A stretch of 64,000 nt of DNA from Octopus sinensis (taxonomy: Eukaryota): the NCBI RefSeq assembly GCF_006345805.1, contig NC_043001.1:62496001-62560000 (forward strand). The letters run 5' to 3'. Positions 40,124 to 53,357 of this stretch are shown piece after piece. The position numbers were made by a program, and so were the translations under genes. Position 1 is the first letter of the stretch; every line of letters starts with the position of its first letter. The notes under the pieces are model-generated. The model had not been told where the DNA came from. It saw only the letters and a program-made list of their open reading frames with translations, and made no database searches.

Positions 40124-40244
40124 CCTTCTATATAATAAATTAATTTTACTCTGCAATGTATTGAGTACCTTACTTACTGTGGTTAACCCCGGATCAACCC
40201 GGGACCTACATATATATATATATATAATATATATATGTTATAAC

Positions 40245-40552
40245 TCGGGCGACGAAGAATTATTTGAAACAATGACTTAATTATCACAGATATACTTTTA
40301 AAAATAGAAATAGGAGTAATTCTACAGGGTTAAGTACATATATATGGGAACTTAAGGATAAAAAAATAAATTATAATTTACAATGGAAGATACTAATATC
40401 AGCACCTTCGAATAATAATAAAAATAGAAAATGTTCATTATGCATTAATGAAACTTTCTTTCTAATTAGGGCTAATTTACTGATTATTAACAATTTTAAG
40501 GAACGTAATATCTCATGTCTTCATAAAATTGGGTATACTTTCTCCAGATATA
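40245..40552. repeat. Unclassified ~308-bp dispersed repeat, copy 1
   Basis: Near-identical to 46914-47222; partial inverted copy at ~41187-41245. Confidence 0.85.
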
Positions 40553-40999
40553 AATAGTACTTATTATAATCTACTCTTTGAACTCAATACAACTAGTTAT
40601 AGTGAGCATATATAATGAAATATATATATATAGTAGTAGTTAAATTGTAATGAGTTGTGGATATATGGCTCTTTGTATATTTGTGTATATGTGTGTAATG
40701 TGTGTATATGTCTGAGTATGTGTTTGTATATATAGGTGTATATATGTGTATATATATGTGCTTGTATCTATATGTGCTTGTGTGTGTTTGTATGTCTATC
40801 CATATGTATATGCATACTAGTATACATTTGCATTTGTTGTTAAGTGGGAACTTATGTACTATGCATGTGTGCATGTACATGTCCACATGCATATACTTGG
40901 TTCTGGATTCATTATATATATGTGTGCATGTATGTGTATATATATGTAATATGTATGTGTGTTATATAATTACATATATATAATATATTATATATATAT

Positions 41000-41034
<35 letters not shown>

Positions 41035-41319
41035 TGTATATTATGTATAAGTTTTCAATTATCGTTTTATGTTATTAATATGTATATTAGGTCTTATAGG
41101 TAGGTCATTGTGTATGATGTGTTATATATGTAGTCTAGATTATACTTATGTAGATATATGTGTTTTTATATATTTAAATTAGGATATATTAGTATCTTCC
41201 ATTGTAAATTATAATTTATTTTTTTATCCCATATATACCTGTAATTGTATTTTTATATGTGTGTGGATATTTTGCATATGTATGTGTATGTATGTATGTA
41301 TACATATGTATATATGTAC

Positions 41320-41535
41320 ATCACGTGATCATGTGACCGACCAGACCATCAGCAGGCCAACAGAAGAAAGAGTGGTGAATGAGTACAGCAGGGATCACCA
41401 CCCCCTGCCGGAGCGTCGTGGAGCTTTTAGGTGTTTTTGCTCAATAAACACTCACAACGCACGGCCAGGGAATCGAAACCGTGATCCTATGACTGCGAGT
41501 CCGCTGCCCTAACCACTGGGCCATTGCGCCTCCAC
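41320..41535 (-). mobile_element. tRNA-derived SINE
   Basis: Reverse strand ggcgcaatggcccagtggttagggcagcggactcgcag...ggtttcgattccc contains A and B boxes, followed by a non-tRNA body. Confidence 0.85.
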
Positions 41536-41536
41536 A

Positions 41537-41567
<31 letters not shown>

Positions 41568-42068
41568 GTGTATGTGTGTGTGTGTGTATATATATATATG
41601 TGTGTGTATGTGTGGCTGTGTGTGTTGAGTGGTATGTAAATATGTGCTTGCATATGTATATTTGTATGTAAGTATGTGTATATGGAGGTTCTTTGAGGAT
41701 ATATGTGTATATATATTTATACTCATGTGTGGAAGAATATAATATGTGTATGTACATGTTTATGCATGTGAACGTATGGGTATATTTATATATGCATGTA
41801 CATATATATGTATGTATAAATATGTTGTGTGGTTATATATGGGTATATATGTTTATCAGATAATATCGTATGTATGGATAATATAGTGTGTCTATACAAA
41901 TGTATTTATACACATAGGTAAGTTCTCGTTTATTTATTTAATTATTTAATAAATGTGTCGGGTATATATTTATTTTACTTATAATTAGTTTATTTATTTA
42001 ATTGTAGACCTAAATGTATATAAATATATGGATATGTGTTTGTATATATTGATGTGAAAATGTATGTG

Positions 42069-42108
<40 letters not shown>

Positions 42109-43069
42109 GTAGGACTGTATATATGTATATATGTATCTGTGACTTTCTATATGAATATATCAATATATATGTATGCATGTATATTTATGTATATGAGCGT
42201 GGGTATATATAAGTATATATTTGTATATTTCAACGGATATACGTTTATGGTATGTGATGTGTGTATGTATGTTTATGTATGCATAGGTATATATATATAT
42301 ATATAATATATAATATATATATAACATATGGTTGGATTTTTATATGCTTTATTAAACTAATTATTCATGTACTAACTTACACTTGTATTGCTTATTGTAA
42401 GAATTCTTTGTTTATGATAAATATCTAAAAGTTAATTTAAAGATATAAATTGTAAATGCGGGAGATTAACATGGTTTATTTACTTAATCATTCAGTCTTC
42501 TATTAACTAACTGTAACTGAGACGTAGAAATTCAAATTTGTTAACCAATTAGATATAGCTTATGATTTAAAATAATTGCTCCCTAACCCCCAATAGTTTT
42601 AAAACTCTAAAATATTAATATATAACATATAACATGGCTCTTATAGCTTATCTATCATATCTTAACAAATGTTTTATTATTATGAAATATTCTGTAAAAA
42701 TATTCTGTGAAATCATATTAATTCGATGGATTAAAATATACATATAAGTATAATTTAACTTTGATGAAAAGAAAAAAAATCCTCATATTGGTATTGGTGT
42801 ATATTTGTACGTATGTGTATATATGTACATGTTGCCCATACGCATGGACTTGTGTGTGTGAAGAAGAACAATATTCTAACAGCCCTGGTCTAACTGTTTG
42901 TTTTTATATATATATTTGTATGGATTGTGGATTTAAAATTTATAAAATTAAATCTACCGTAACAAATTGTTTATATTGTATTGTAATATATGATATATTG
43001 GAATCCACTATAATATGTATTGTGAAGTGAAGATTACTCTAAATCTAATAATATTGTTATTATTGATAG

Positions 43070-43122
<53 letters not shown>

Positions 43123-43949
43123 GTAATAATAATAATAATACGTATTGAGAAGAGCATTGTCGATGTGAGAACTATTACTACCCATGTATTTTAATTTAAC
43201 TTAAAAAAAAATAAAATGAACGAACTAGTGAGTTTAGTTTAATGGCCTACCAATGTATACTATGAGTTTCATTGCCCTAGGAGTCAAGAAGACACTCGGC
43301 AAGAAATGGAAGCAAATTTGAAAGAGGAAAAAAAAAAGATAATAATAATAATAATATTAGTAATAATCGATTATTGTTTATGTAGTCATGAGCATAGACG
43401 TATGTACTGTATATGTTCCAATATATATGTATATGACAAATGGTCTATCTGCTTGGACCTATCGTTTACTTGTGCTTATTTATGTATTTATACACATGTA
43501 AAGGTGTATATACTTTGCTTATGTATGTATATATGTATACGTGTATGTGTATATGAATATTTGTTTATATTTATATATATTAAATTGTATGTGTATCCTG
43601 TTTCATGTATTCATATTTTTAAAGTTCTTTATAATCTTTGACGAGGCCTATATTATATATAAGTACCCTATTTTTAAATGCCTACAACCTCAATATAATT
43701 GACAACTCTAGGCACTGGAAAAAAAACTACTTTTATCCATAGGCTGAAACACCTGTAAGAGTGATTTTAATGATTTCAATAATTTATATTAAGATTTTTA
43801 TAATTGCATTCTTATATTATATGTATTGAATTATAATGTATATATGTATGCTATTAAGGTTCTTGTTTTTGTTAAAAGAATAAATAAGTCCACATTCTAA
43901 TATCCGAAAGCTGCTGAACCAACTAAATTGTTTCTCCATTTATTAATTT

Positions 43950-44616
43950 GTATTATATATGTATGTATATATATATATATTATATATATATATATATATA
44001 TACACACACATATACATATATACACACACATATACATGCATACATATATATATAGATATATACATATTATACATTTACATATAAATATTTACACATATAT
44101 ATATATGCATCTGTACATACATATATACATATGTATACTTATATATATATATATATATATCTATATATATTAATATATAATATATATATATAATATACAC
44201 ACACACATATATATATATACATATATACATATATATACATATACATACCATACCTACATATATATACATACATGTATACATAAATATTATATTTAGATAC
44301 ATATATATACATATATATAAATACATATATATATATACATACATATATATACATATATATATATATTATATATACATATATATATATACATATACAGTAT
44401 ATATATACATATATATATATATTATATGTATATATATATATGTATATATATAGTATATATATATATATGTATGTATTATATATATATATGTATATATATA
44501 TGTATATATATATGTATATATATGTATATATATATGTATATATATGTATATATATATGTATATATAGTATATATATATGTTATATATATGTATATATATA
44601 TATATGTATATATACA

Positions 44617-44681
<65 letters not shown>

Positions 44682-44916
44682 TATATATATATATATATAT
44701 GTATATATATGTATGTATATATATATATGTATGTATATATATATATGTATGTATATATATATATGTATGTATATATGTGTATATATGTATATATATGTAT
44801 ATATATATTATAATATATACATACATATATATATATATATACATACATATATATTATACAATACATATATATATACATATATATTATATATTATATATAT
44901 ATATATACACATATAT
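43950..44916. repeat. Compound (AT)n microsatellite with polarity flips
   Basis: Read directly from the sequence. Confidence 0.95.
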
Positions 44917-46852
44917 AACTTCTTCGCTTTCAATGAAAACTTCTACCGACAAAAATGGGGACTGCGATGGGTACACGAATGGCCCCCTCCTTTGCCAACC
45001 TAGTCATAGGATACCTAGAGATCAGTCTGTATCGTAAGGTTCTAGAAAGATATGGCAGCCCTTTCTCCATCTACATAGAAAACAACTGGAAGAGATATCT
45101 AGATGACTGTTTCATTCTTTGGCATAAAAATATAGAAAAACTCATAGAATTCCAGGAAATTTTAATGGACTGGACGCAAACATCCAATCACGATGGAATA
45201 TAGCCAGCAACAACTCCCCTTCCCGATATTCCTCATTAAGAAAGCTAATAATATAATAGAAACAGACATATACTATAAGCCTACAGACTCTAAGCAATAT
45301 CTTCCATTCAATTCATGCCACCCCAGACACACCAGGATGAATATCCCCTTCAATCTAGCAAAAAGGATATGCACTATAGTCTCTAAGGCAAACACCAGAG
45401 ACACACGACTACAAGAACTAAAAGATACCCTTATCACCAGGAACTATCCACCTTCACTTATTGAACAAGTGCATTCAACGTGCCCTTCAACTTAACATCA
45501 AGGAACTGAGACATCCCAAATCAAAGAAAAACTTACAACCAAAAGCCTTACCATACATCTCCACACACACCCTCTCAATAACGAAGCCTTCGGCAACATC
45601 CTCAACAACATACCCCTCCTAAAAAAAGACCACAGAATGAACACAATCCTCCAAACACACACGATCATAAAAAAGCAAAAGACAGCCTAGATCCATGAAA
45701 AGTCTCCTAACACAAGCCCGAATTCACTCTTCAACACAGAAGCCGACAGTAAAAAAATGTGGAAGACCCAATTGCGGGATATGCGACTATCTAATTGAGG
45801 GATCAGAGTTCTCCTTCAAACAGGGACAACGGTTAACAGTGAAAAGCAACTTCACATGTGCTTCGGAGAACCTAATATACTCACTAACCTGCTCCGGGTG
45901 TCAAGAGCAGTACATAGGCCAAACAAAAAATGGTTTGCGTAAACGAATGGCCCTGCACAGATCCCAGATAAAAATTCCCCAAAACAGAAAAATAGCTTTT
46001 AGCCAACACATAGATACTTGCGCCAACAAAAAAAACACCAAACTTCAGGATTTTCCCCCTCTACCAATTTAGGGACGATACAACCTCGAGACAACGAATA
46101 AGTAAAGAAAATCTCTTTATTACAAAATACAGGCCACTTCTTAACGGGTCTACGACAAACAATTAATATACCTCAACTTTAGAATAAAAGAAATATATAC
46201 ACACACAAATATTACATTCCATAGAATCCATTACTAATCAGCCCCATCACAGCTATACTTTCACCCATTCATATTCTCCCTTCTCTGTTTTTTTCTTCTT
46301 CCTCTTCTTCTTCATCATCATCATCATCATCGTCGTCATCATCATCACCACCATCATCATCATCATCTTCTCCTTCTTCTTCTTCATCATCATCATCATC
46401 AACATCGTCATCTTCTTCTTCTTCTACTTCTCCACCTTCTACCCCTTAACCTTGTCACTAATGCCTTTCAGTATAACGCCTACGCAAATTCCATAAACAA
46501 TTCCTGAATTGAACTGCGACTGCTGTCCGCCACTGACCATTCAAAATACGACCATCAAAGCATTCCCAGATTTCCCCACCCCCTCTCCACATCAGCCTTC
46601 TGCTTCTCCTACCCTACCAAGAACTCACAACGACGACGAACACAACAATGCAAACAAGGGAGTCAGAGAAAGGCAGAATGCCACTTATATCTGAACACTA
46701 CTATAGAAATATTCCTTTAAAAAAACTTTTCTTCTAATTTTTCTAAATTTAATTATTTAATCGTTACAGTTGAAAAGGTCTCAAAATGACCGAAACCGGT
46801 ACTGAAAGATCACTATAAAATTATCTTAGCATTTTCTATTTTTGACTTGTTT

Positions 46853-46856
<4 letters not shown>
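44917..46856 (+). mobile_element. Second Penelope-like element, 5'-truncated and degenerate, flanked by (AT)n
   Basis: [80 protein letters not shown]. Confidence 0.92.
46767..46804 (+). ncRNA. Minimal type I hammerhead, U3-A8 core variant
   Basis: cag-TTGAAAA-ggtc-tcaaaat-gacc-GAAA-ccgg-TA-ctg. Stem II is 4 bp; stem III is palindromic (accggt). Confidence 0.7.
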
Positions 46857-46913
<57 letters not shown>

Positions 46914-46916
<3 letters not shown>

Positions 46917-47222
46917 GGGCGACGAAGAATTATTTGAAACAATGACTTAATTATCACAGATATACTTTTAAAAATAGAAATAGGAGTAATTCTACAGGGT
47001 TAAGTACATATATATGGGAACTTAAGGATAAAAAAATAAATTATAATTTACAATGGAAGATACTAATATCAGCACCTTCGAATAATAATAAAAATAGAAA
47101 ATGTTCACTATGCATTAATGAAACTTTCTTTCTAATTAGGGCTAATTTACTGATTATTAACAATTTTAAGGAACGCAATATCTCATGTCTTCATAAAATT
47201 GGGTATACTTTCTCCAGATATA
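46914..47222. repeat. Unclassified ~308-bp dispersed repeat, copy 2
   Basis: Matches 40245-40552 with few substitutions. Confidence 0.85.
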
Positions 47223-47470
47223 TTTTTGTTTGACACCCATTGACAGTGGCACTTTTGGACAGTGGCATATTGTCCAAAAGAGGAGAGATGTTTGGATCAT
47301 CTGAGTCAAACCAATCTTGGTACTTCATTTTAAAATACCCAAATGCTTCACAGGATGACTCAAATACAGCATTTTTAAAAGCATACCATACTGATTCAAT
47401 ATCTGTGTTGACTAAGATGCCAGCAAGTTTGTTGTTACAGGTTGTCTGAAATGCGGTTAAATTGTCATTA
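47223..47470 (-). mobile_element. RTE/BovB-like linker fragment
   Basis: IESVWYAFKNAVFESSCEAFG...YQDWFDSDD resembles the RTE endonuclease-RT linker (W..FK...HQDWFDEND). Confidence 0.6.
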
Positions 47471-47496
47471 GTGTGCATATATATGTATATATATGG

Positions 47497-48998
47497 GTGG
47501 AGAAATTACAGGTGTGGAAACAAGGATTAGAATCAACCTAGCTAAAACCAAAGTCCTAATAAGTAGGAAGGCAAGCAAACCACAAATCCCTTCAGGTAGA
47601 TGGCCCTGCTTGATCTGTAGTAGAGGCGTAGGTAGAAACTCTATAAGATGTACCCAGTGTAAGCTATGGACACATAAGAGGTGCAATAATATCAAAGGGA
47701 GGCTAATGGGGAAGATAGTTTTTGTATGTGGCAGATGCTCAGGAGCAATAAACACTGAAAATGCGCAGAGAACAACTTCCACCACATTCCAGGGAGAAAA
47801 ACTAGAAATAGTTGATAGCTTCTGTTACCTAGGTGACCAAGTCAGTAGCGAGGAAGGGTGTGCTGAAAGTGAAGCTGCTAGAATAAGAATAGCTTGGGCA
47901 AAGTTCAGAGAGCTCTTACCTCTGCTGGTGACAAAGGGCCTCTCGCTCAGAGTAAAAGGTAGACTGTATGATGCATGTGTACGAACTGCCATGCTACATG
48001 GCAGTGAAACATGGGCCGTGACTGCTGAGGACATGCGTAAGCTCGCAAGGAATGAAGCCAGTATGATCCGATGGATGTGTAATGTCAGTGTGCATACTCG
48101 ACAGAGTGTTAGTACCTTGAGAGAAATGTTGGACCTAAGAAGCATCAGATGTGGTGTGCAAGAGAGACAACTGCGCTGATATGGTCATGTGGCAAGAATG
48201 GATGAGGACAGCTGTGTGAAAAAGTGCCACACCCTAACGGTTGAAGGAACCTGTGGAAGAGGAAGACCTGGGATGAAGTGGTGAAGCACAACCTTCGAAC
48301 TTTGAACCTCACCAAGGAAATGACTAGTGACCGAGACCTTTGGAAATATGCTGTGCGTGAGAAGACCTGGCAAGCCAAATGAGACCATAACCTCATGGCC
48401 TATGCCTGGGGCATTACCAGCCTACTTATGCATACCTTTTCCTTCTTTGGACACTAAAACTCTGCTTGCAAAGACCTGTTGAAGCAAGTGAAATCAAAAA
48501 TCAAAATCAAATTCGATGACTGACGTCAGTGCTAGCGGGGTGCAAAGAGCACCATATGAGTGTGACCATTGACAGAGCGACTAACCGGCTTCCGCGCCAG
48601 TGGCACTTAAAAGGAACCATTCGAGCGTGATCATTACCAGTGTCGCCTTAAAGAGCACCATCCCAGCGTGATCGTTGCTGGAGCGGATATCTGGCCTCCA
48701 TGCCAGTGGCACATAAAAGACACCATTCGAGCGTGATCGTTACCAGCATCGCCTTACTGGCACCTGTGCCGGTGGCATGTGTAAAAGATTCGAGCAAGGT
48801 CATTGCCAGTACCGACTAAAAGCACCCACTACACTCTCGGAGTGGTTAGCGTTAGGAAGGGCATCCAGCTGTAGAAACTCTGCCAGATCAAGATTGAAGC
48901 TTGGTGCAGCCATCTGGTTTACCAGCCCTCAGTCATTCGTCCTACCCATGCTAGCATGGAAAGCGGACGTTAAACGATGACGACGATGATGATGATGA
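47497..48998 (+). mobile_element. RTE LINE 3' half (late RT with PHD-like finger, C-terminus, 3' UTR)
   Basis: NLAKTKVL, C4HC3 finger, DSFCYLGDQ, AWAKFREL, AMLHGSETW, WYGHV; long repetitive 3' UTR; (gat)n tail. Confidence 0.9.
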
Positions 48999-50215
48999 TG
49001 AGGGGGTATCCAAAAGAAACCAGAATTTTGCAATATTATTTTATTTACTTATTTTACATGTTTACACTTTTATCGCCTTCAAAGTATTCTACATTTGAAG
49101 CAATGGATTGGTCCAAATGTGTCTTCCACTGTTCAAAGTAGTCCTGGAATTCTTGCAAAGTGATGCCTTTTCATGCCCCTATTGATTTTTCTCCACCTCT
49201 TCCACATCTGACGAATGTTGAACTTTAAGGAATTTTTTCATTCAAGAAAACAAAAAAGTTGCAAGAAGCAAAACTGGGTGAATAGGGAGGGTGAGTAGGC
49301 AGGATCATGCCATTTTTGCTCAAGAACTGTTTCACACTCAAGGTGGTGTGCACAGGAGCATTGTCATGATGAAACCACCACTCTCCACTTTACCACAGGT
49401 TGGGGCGTTTTCATCTCATTGTGTCTCACAAACGCTTCAGAACTGCCAAGTAAAACATCTGGTTAACAATTTGATCAGGAGGAGAAAATTCTGTGTAGCC
49501 AATTTCTATTACATTGATGAAACAAATCAGCACTGTCTTGACATTGAACTTCACTTGACATGCTTTTTCGGAGTGTGGTGACATTGAATGCTTCCACTGA
49601 CTTGATTGATGACCTTAAAAAAAAAAGTCCAGATCAACTTCCAACTATTCTTTCAGTTCATGACATGCATTCACTTGTGACTACTTTTGATCTTCCATGA
49701 GCAAGCAAGGCACAACATTTGCTGCAATTCTTTTCATTCACAATTCCTTGCTCAAAATTTGTTGGCAGGAGATCCAGGACACACCATATCAACAAGCTTG
49801 TGACAGTCCTCCAAAATCAGTTCAGGAATTTTCATTGTTTCCATTTGTTCAGGAGGTTGAAGGTCACCCTGAACTAAGTTGGTCTTCAAGCAACAAGCAA
49901 CCATTCCTAAAGCGTGAAAACTACTTGTAAACTTATTTTGCTTATGGCAGTATCCTTGTAAGCTGTTTAAAGCATGACAACTGTTTTAGCTGAAAACAGA
50001 AAGCAGAATTTCACAGAGGCATGTTGTTCCTTTGTTTCAGCCATCACAAACATTGACAAACAAGGGAGAAGCACTGCAAAACAAAGATGTACTACATGGC
50101 AGTATGACTTCAATCAATGATACCAATGAGCAGACTGATGCCTGAGGGTTACTAGTGGCAGAAGCCTGAACTATTATGGGCTTGTTCCACAAAGAACATT
50201 TCTGGCACCACCTTG
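48999..50215 (-). mobile_element. Degenerate mariner, copy 2
   Basis: Same family as 21302-22597 (tgagggggtatccaaaag left end; caccaccttg-TA right end). Confidence 0.85.
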
Positions 50216-50404
50216 TATACATATATATGTGTGTGTGTGTGTGCATGCGTGTGTGTGTGTATATACAAGGTGGTGCCAGAAATGTTCTCTGTGGAACAAG
50301 CCCGTATATATATATGTATATATACACACACACACACATATAAGATGAGATCATTCATATGTTAAATAGTCTCGCAGAAAACTGCCTGGAAAACAGTTAT
50401 TATT

Positions 50405-50521
50405 TACCTTTCATCCTTTTGGGGTCGATGAAATAAGTACCAGTTGAACACTGAGGTCAATGTAATTGACTCATCCTCTCCCCCAAAATTGCTGTCCTTG
50501 TGGCAAAATTTGAAACCACTA

Positions 50522-50564
<43 letters not shown>

Positions 50565-50566
50565 GA
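50405..50566 (+). mobile_element. SINE 3' fragment with (ATT)n tail
   Basis: ctttcatccttttggggtcgatgaaataagtaccag core shared with 50781-50991. Confidence 0.7.
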
Positions 50567-50780
50567 TTTATAACATAGACACAAGACTTCACATTTGAGG
50601 GGTGTACAATCAATCATATTGGTCTAACATCTCACTGATCCTTATTTTACCAACCCATGAAGAGTTGGTAATGTGAAATGAACTTAGACTATAAAGAAGG
50701 ATAAGTAAGCAGTAGATAGTACTTTGTCTGCTGTTCTTTTGATTCTGTCAAACCACTGTCCAAATAATATTAATAATGAT

Positions 50781-50991
50781 GTGGCGAGCTGGCAGAATCA
50801 TTACCACACCAAGCAAAACACTTAGTAACATTTCATCCATCTCTACATTCTGAGTTCAAATGCTGTCAGGGTCGAGTTTGCTTTTCATTCTTTTGGAGTT
50901 GATAAAATAAGTACCAGTTGAATACTGGGATTGTTGTTATTGATTTATCCCCTCCCCTGAAATTACTGACCTTGTGCCAAAATTTGAAATC
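50781..50991 (+). mobile_element. tRNA-derived SINE (central domain possibly Deu/Nin-like)
   Basis: tggcgagctgg A-box-like, gagttcaaat B-box-like, and core ttttcattcttttggagttgataaaataagtaccag. Confidence 0.7.
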
Positions 50992-51118
50992 AATATTAAT
51001 AATGATAATAAATATGAATATTAAGTTACAAAATTAAACCATTAAATTTTATATTTGAAGGAAGACTCACTTAAATAACATATCAATAATAATAAAGTAA
51101 TGTTGATGAGACACTCAC

Positions 51119-51175
51119 CTCTGGGTCAAAATTAATATTTAGCCATTCAGATAAAGTTCCCTGTGTGGGATCTGG
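51119..51175 (-). CDS. Candidate 57-nt phase-0 host exon (PDPTQGTLSEWLNINFDPE), product unknown
   Basis: Acceptor ttttctatcttggcag and donor gtgagt, open frame, non-repetitive context. Unverified. Confidence 0.35.
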
Positions 51176-52424
51176 CTGCCAAGATAGAAAATATACATAT
51201 CTTTAATTTACATAAAATAATAATGCAGGTGTATGCATACACAAACATATACACATAGAGTAAATTGTGGAAATTATAATTTTTACAGTTGAATCTTCAT
51301 CAAATGACTACTCACTCAAGATGAATATGCCATTAGTTTGTATTTTTCAGCTAGGTTGTGGGTGGTTTTTTTAAGGGTCCAACACAATTGATAGACTGGA
51401 TAGAAGACTTTGATTCAAGAATATGAGGCCATTACTCTCACAGATAGCAAAACTTATGCTAATCATGACAAATAATGATGACTAAACATGAAACAGTTCT
51501 GATACAGAAGTGAATATTATAATACTTTTTTCTAAGCAAAATTAAATGATATATTTATGAAACTTTCTTTATTAGAACTTCAACTTTAGACCAAGATAAA
51601 CCATAATTATATATTACTGTTAGGAATTATGAGCACTACTAGTTGCTATTGCCACTGGACCTAAATGTCTTAAGCAAGGAGTTAGATCATTATTTTTTAT
51701 CATTAAAAGACAAGATGATACTTATATTCCTATTTTGTTTTATATTTGTGTAGTGTAGTATATAGAGTGTGATATATGACAAATGTGTAGAACTCCTTGT
51801 GTTTGATTATAGTTAGAATGTTCCATTTGTGAAGAGAAATATAATTATTAATCTAAATATTTTGTTGAAGTTACCTATCAATGTTTTGAACACAGAGTAG
51901 ATATAGTTAGCAAGAATGGAGATAAAATTCCATATTTATTCAATACATTTTTGCATACATTTCATTAATGAAAATTTCTGTTATATATGGAATTACCTCA
52001 TTTTCAGATTATGGCAAATCATCAGAGATGTTAAGATTAAAAAGAAAAGGAAAAAAGCATTGTTAGCAATCTGATACTGGCCTGATAGAATCAGGATTTC
52101 CTTAGTACCCACTTCTGTAGTGAAATAGGTCAAGGAATTATTTAAATATCTAAAGGATAAGGGTAGAGGTTTCTTATCACAATAGAAAAAATGCTAAGTG
52201 GGTTTTCATGACATTCAGTTTGTTGTAATGGATATAGACGGATATAAGATATCAAATACAACAGTTAACAATGGTTTATTTTTTATTTTTTCACTACAAG
52301 TGGGTAATTAAAATATAATTTCCATGCACTCACTGATCCAAATTCTTTGGTATACATATTCATATATCTATATTTTGACATTTATACAGAGAATCATAGA
52401 CACACATTTAGATACATACATAAA

Positions 52425-52511
<87 letters not shown>

Positions 52512-52514
52512 AAC

Positions 52515-53357
52515 ACAAGAGGGCACCCAAAAGGAACTGGAATTTTTTGCAATATTATTTTATTCACTAAGTTTTAGATGTTCACACTTCTTATCACCTT
52601 CAAAGTATTCTCCATTTGAAGCAATGGATCAGTCCAGGCATGTTTTCCAATGCTCAAAGCAGGGCTGGAACTCTTGCCTTTTAACACCTCCATCACTTTT
52701 TTCACCTCTTCCGCAACTGCAAATTCTATAGCACCAGCTTTTGTCACCAGTGATAACCTTCACAAAATGGTCCAAATCAACTTCCAACTGTTCTTTCATT
52801 TCACAATATGCATTCAGTCATGACTGCTTTGATCTTCCATGAGCAAGTGAGGCACAAGTTTTGGTGCAACTTTTCATTCGTAATTCCTTGCTCAAAATTT
52901 TTTGGCAGGAGCTACAAGACACACCAGTCATATCAACAAGTTCATCAGTTTTTCAGTGATGGTCCTCCAAGATCAGGTTTTCTATGATCTTTTCATTTGT
53001 GCAGGAGGTTGATGGTCACTCTGAACAAGGTTGGTCTTCAAGTGACAAGTGACCATTCCTAAAGCATGGAAACCACTTGTAAGCTTGTGTTTTGTGCATA
53101 GCAGTGTCCTTGTAAGCTGTTTGAATCATGACAACTATTTTGGCCACCAATTTCCCCAGCAGAAAGCAGAATTTCCCAGAAGCATACTATTCCTTCATTT
53201 CAGCCATTGCAAAAATCGATGAACAGAGGAGAATCACTGCAAAACAAAGATGCACCACATGCCAGAACAACCTCACAGGACAACATTGGCTGGAAAACTG
53301 ATCCTGAGGGTTGCATCAAGTGGCTTCTAGCAGTGGAAGCCTGAACTACTATGAGAA
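52515..53357 (-). mobile_element. Degenerate, internally deleted mariner, copy 3
   Basis: Homologous to the ends and transposase relics of 21302-22597. Confidence 0.8.

Larger units (their letters stand above)
38037..40208. mobile_element. Hammerhead-bearing palindromic element P3 (~1.05-kb arms, family F1)
   Basis: ~38037-39085 is inverted at ~39095-40140, centre near 39087; the right arm ends cccgggaccta then (AT)n. Confidence 0.85.

Noticed and set aside
31250-47497. The RTE fragments ending at 31250 and starting at 47497 are nearly contiguous in the RT sequence and might be one element split by 16 kb of insertions
   Set aside because: The intervening DNA includes apparently unique sequence and no TSD links the pieces; independent truncations are equally plausible.
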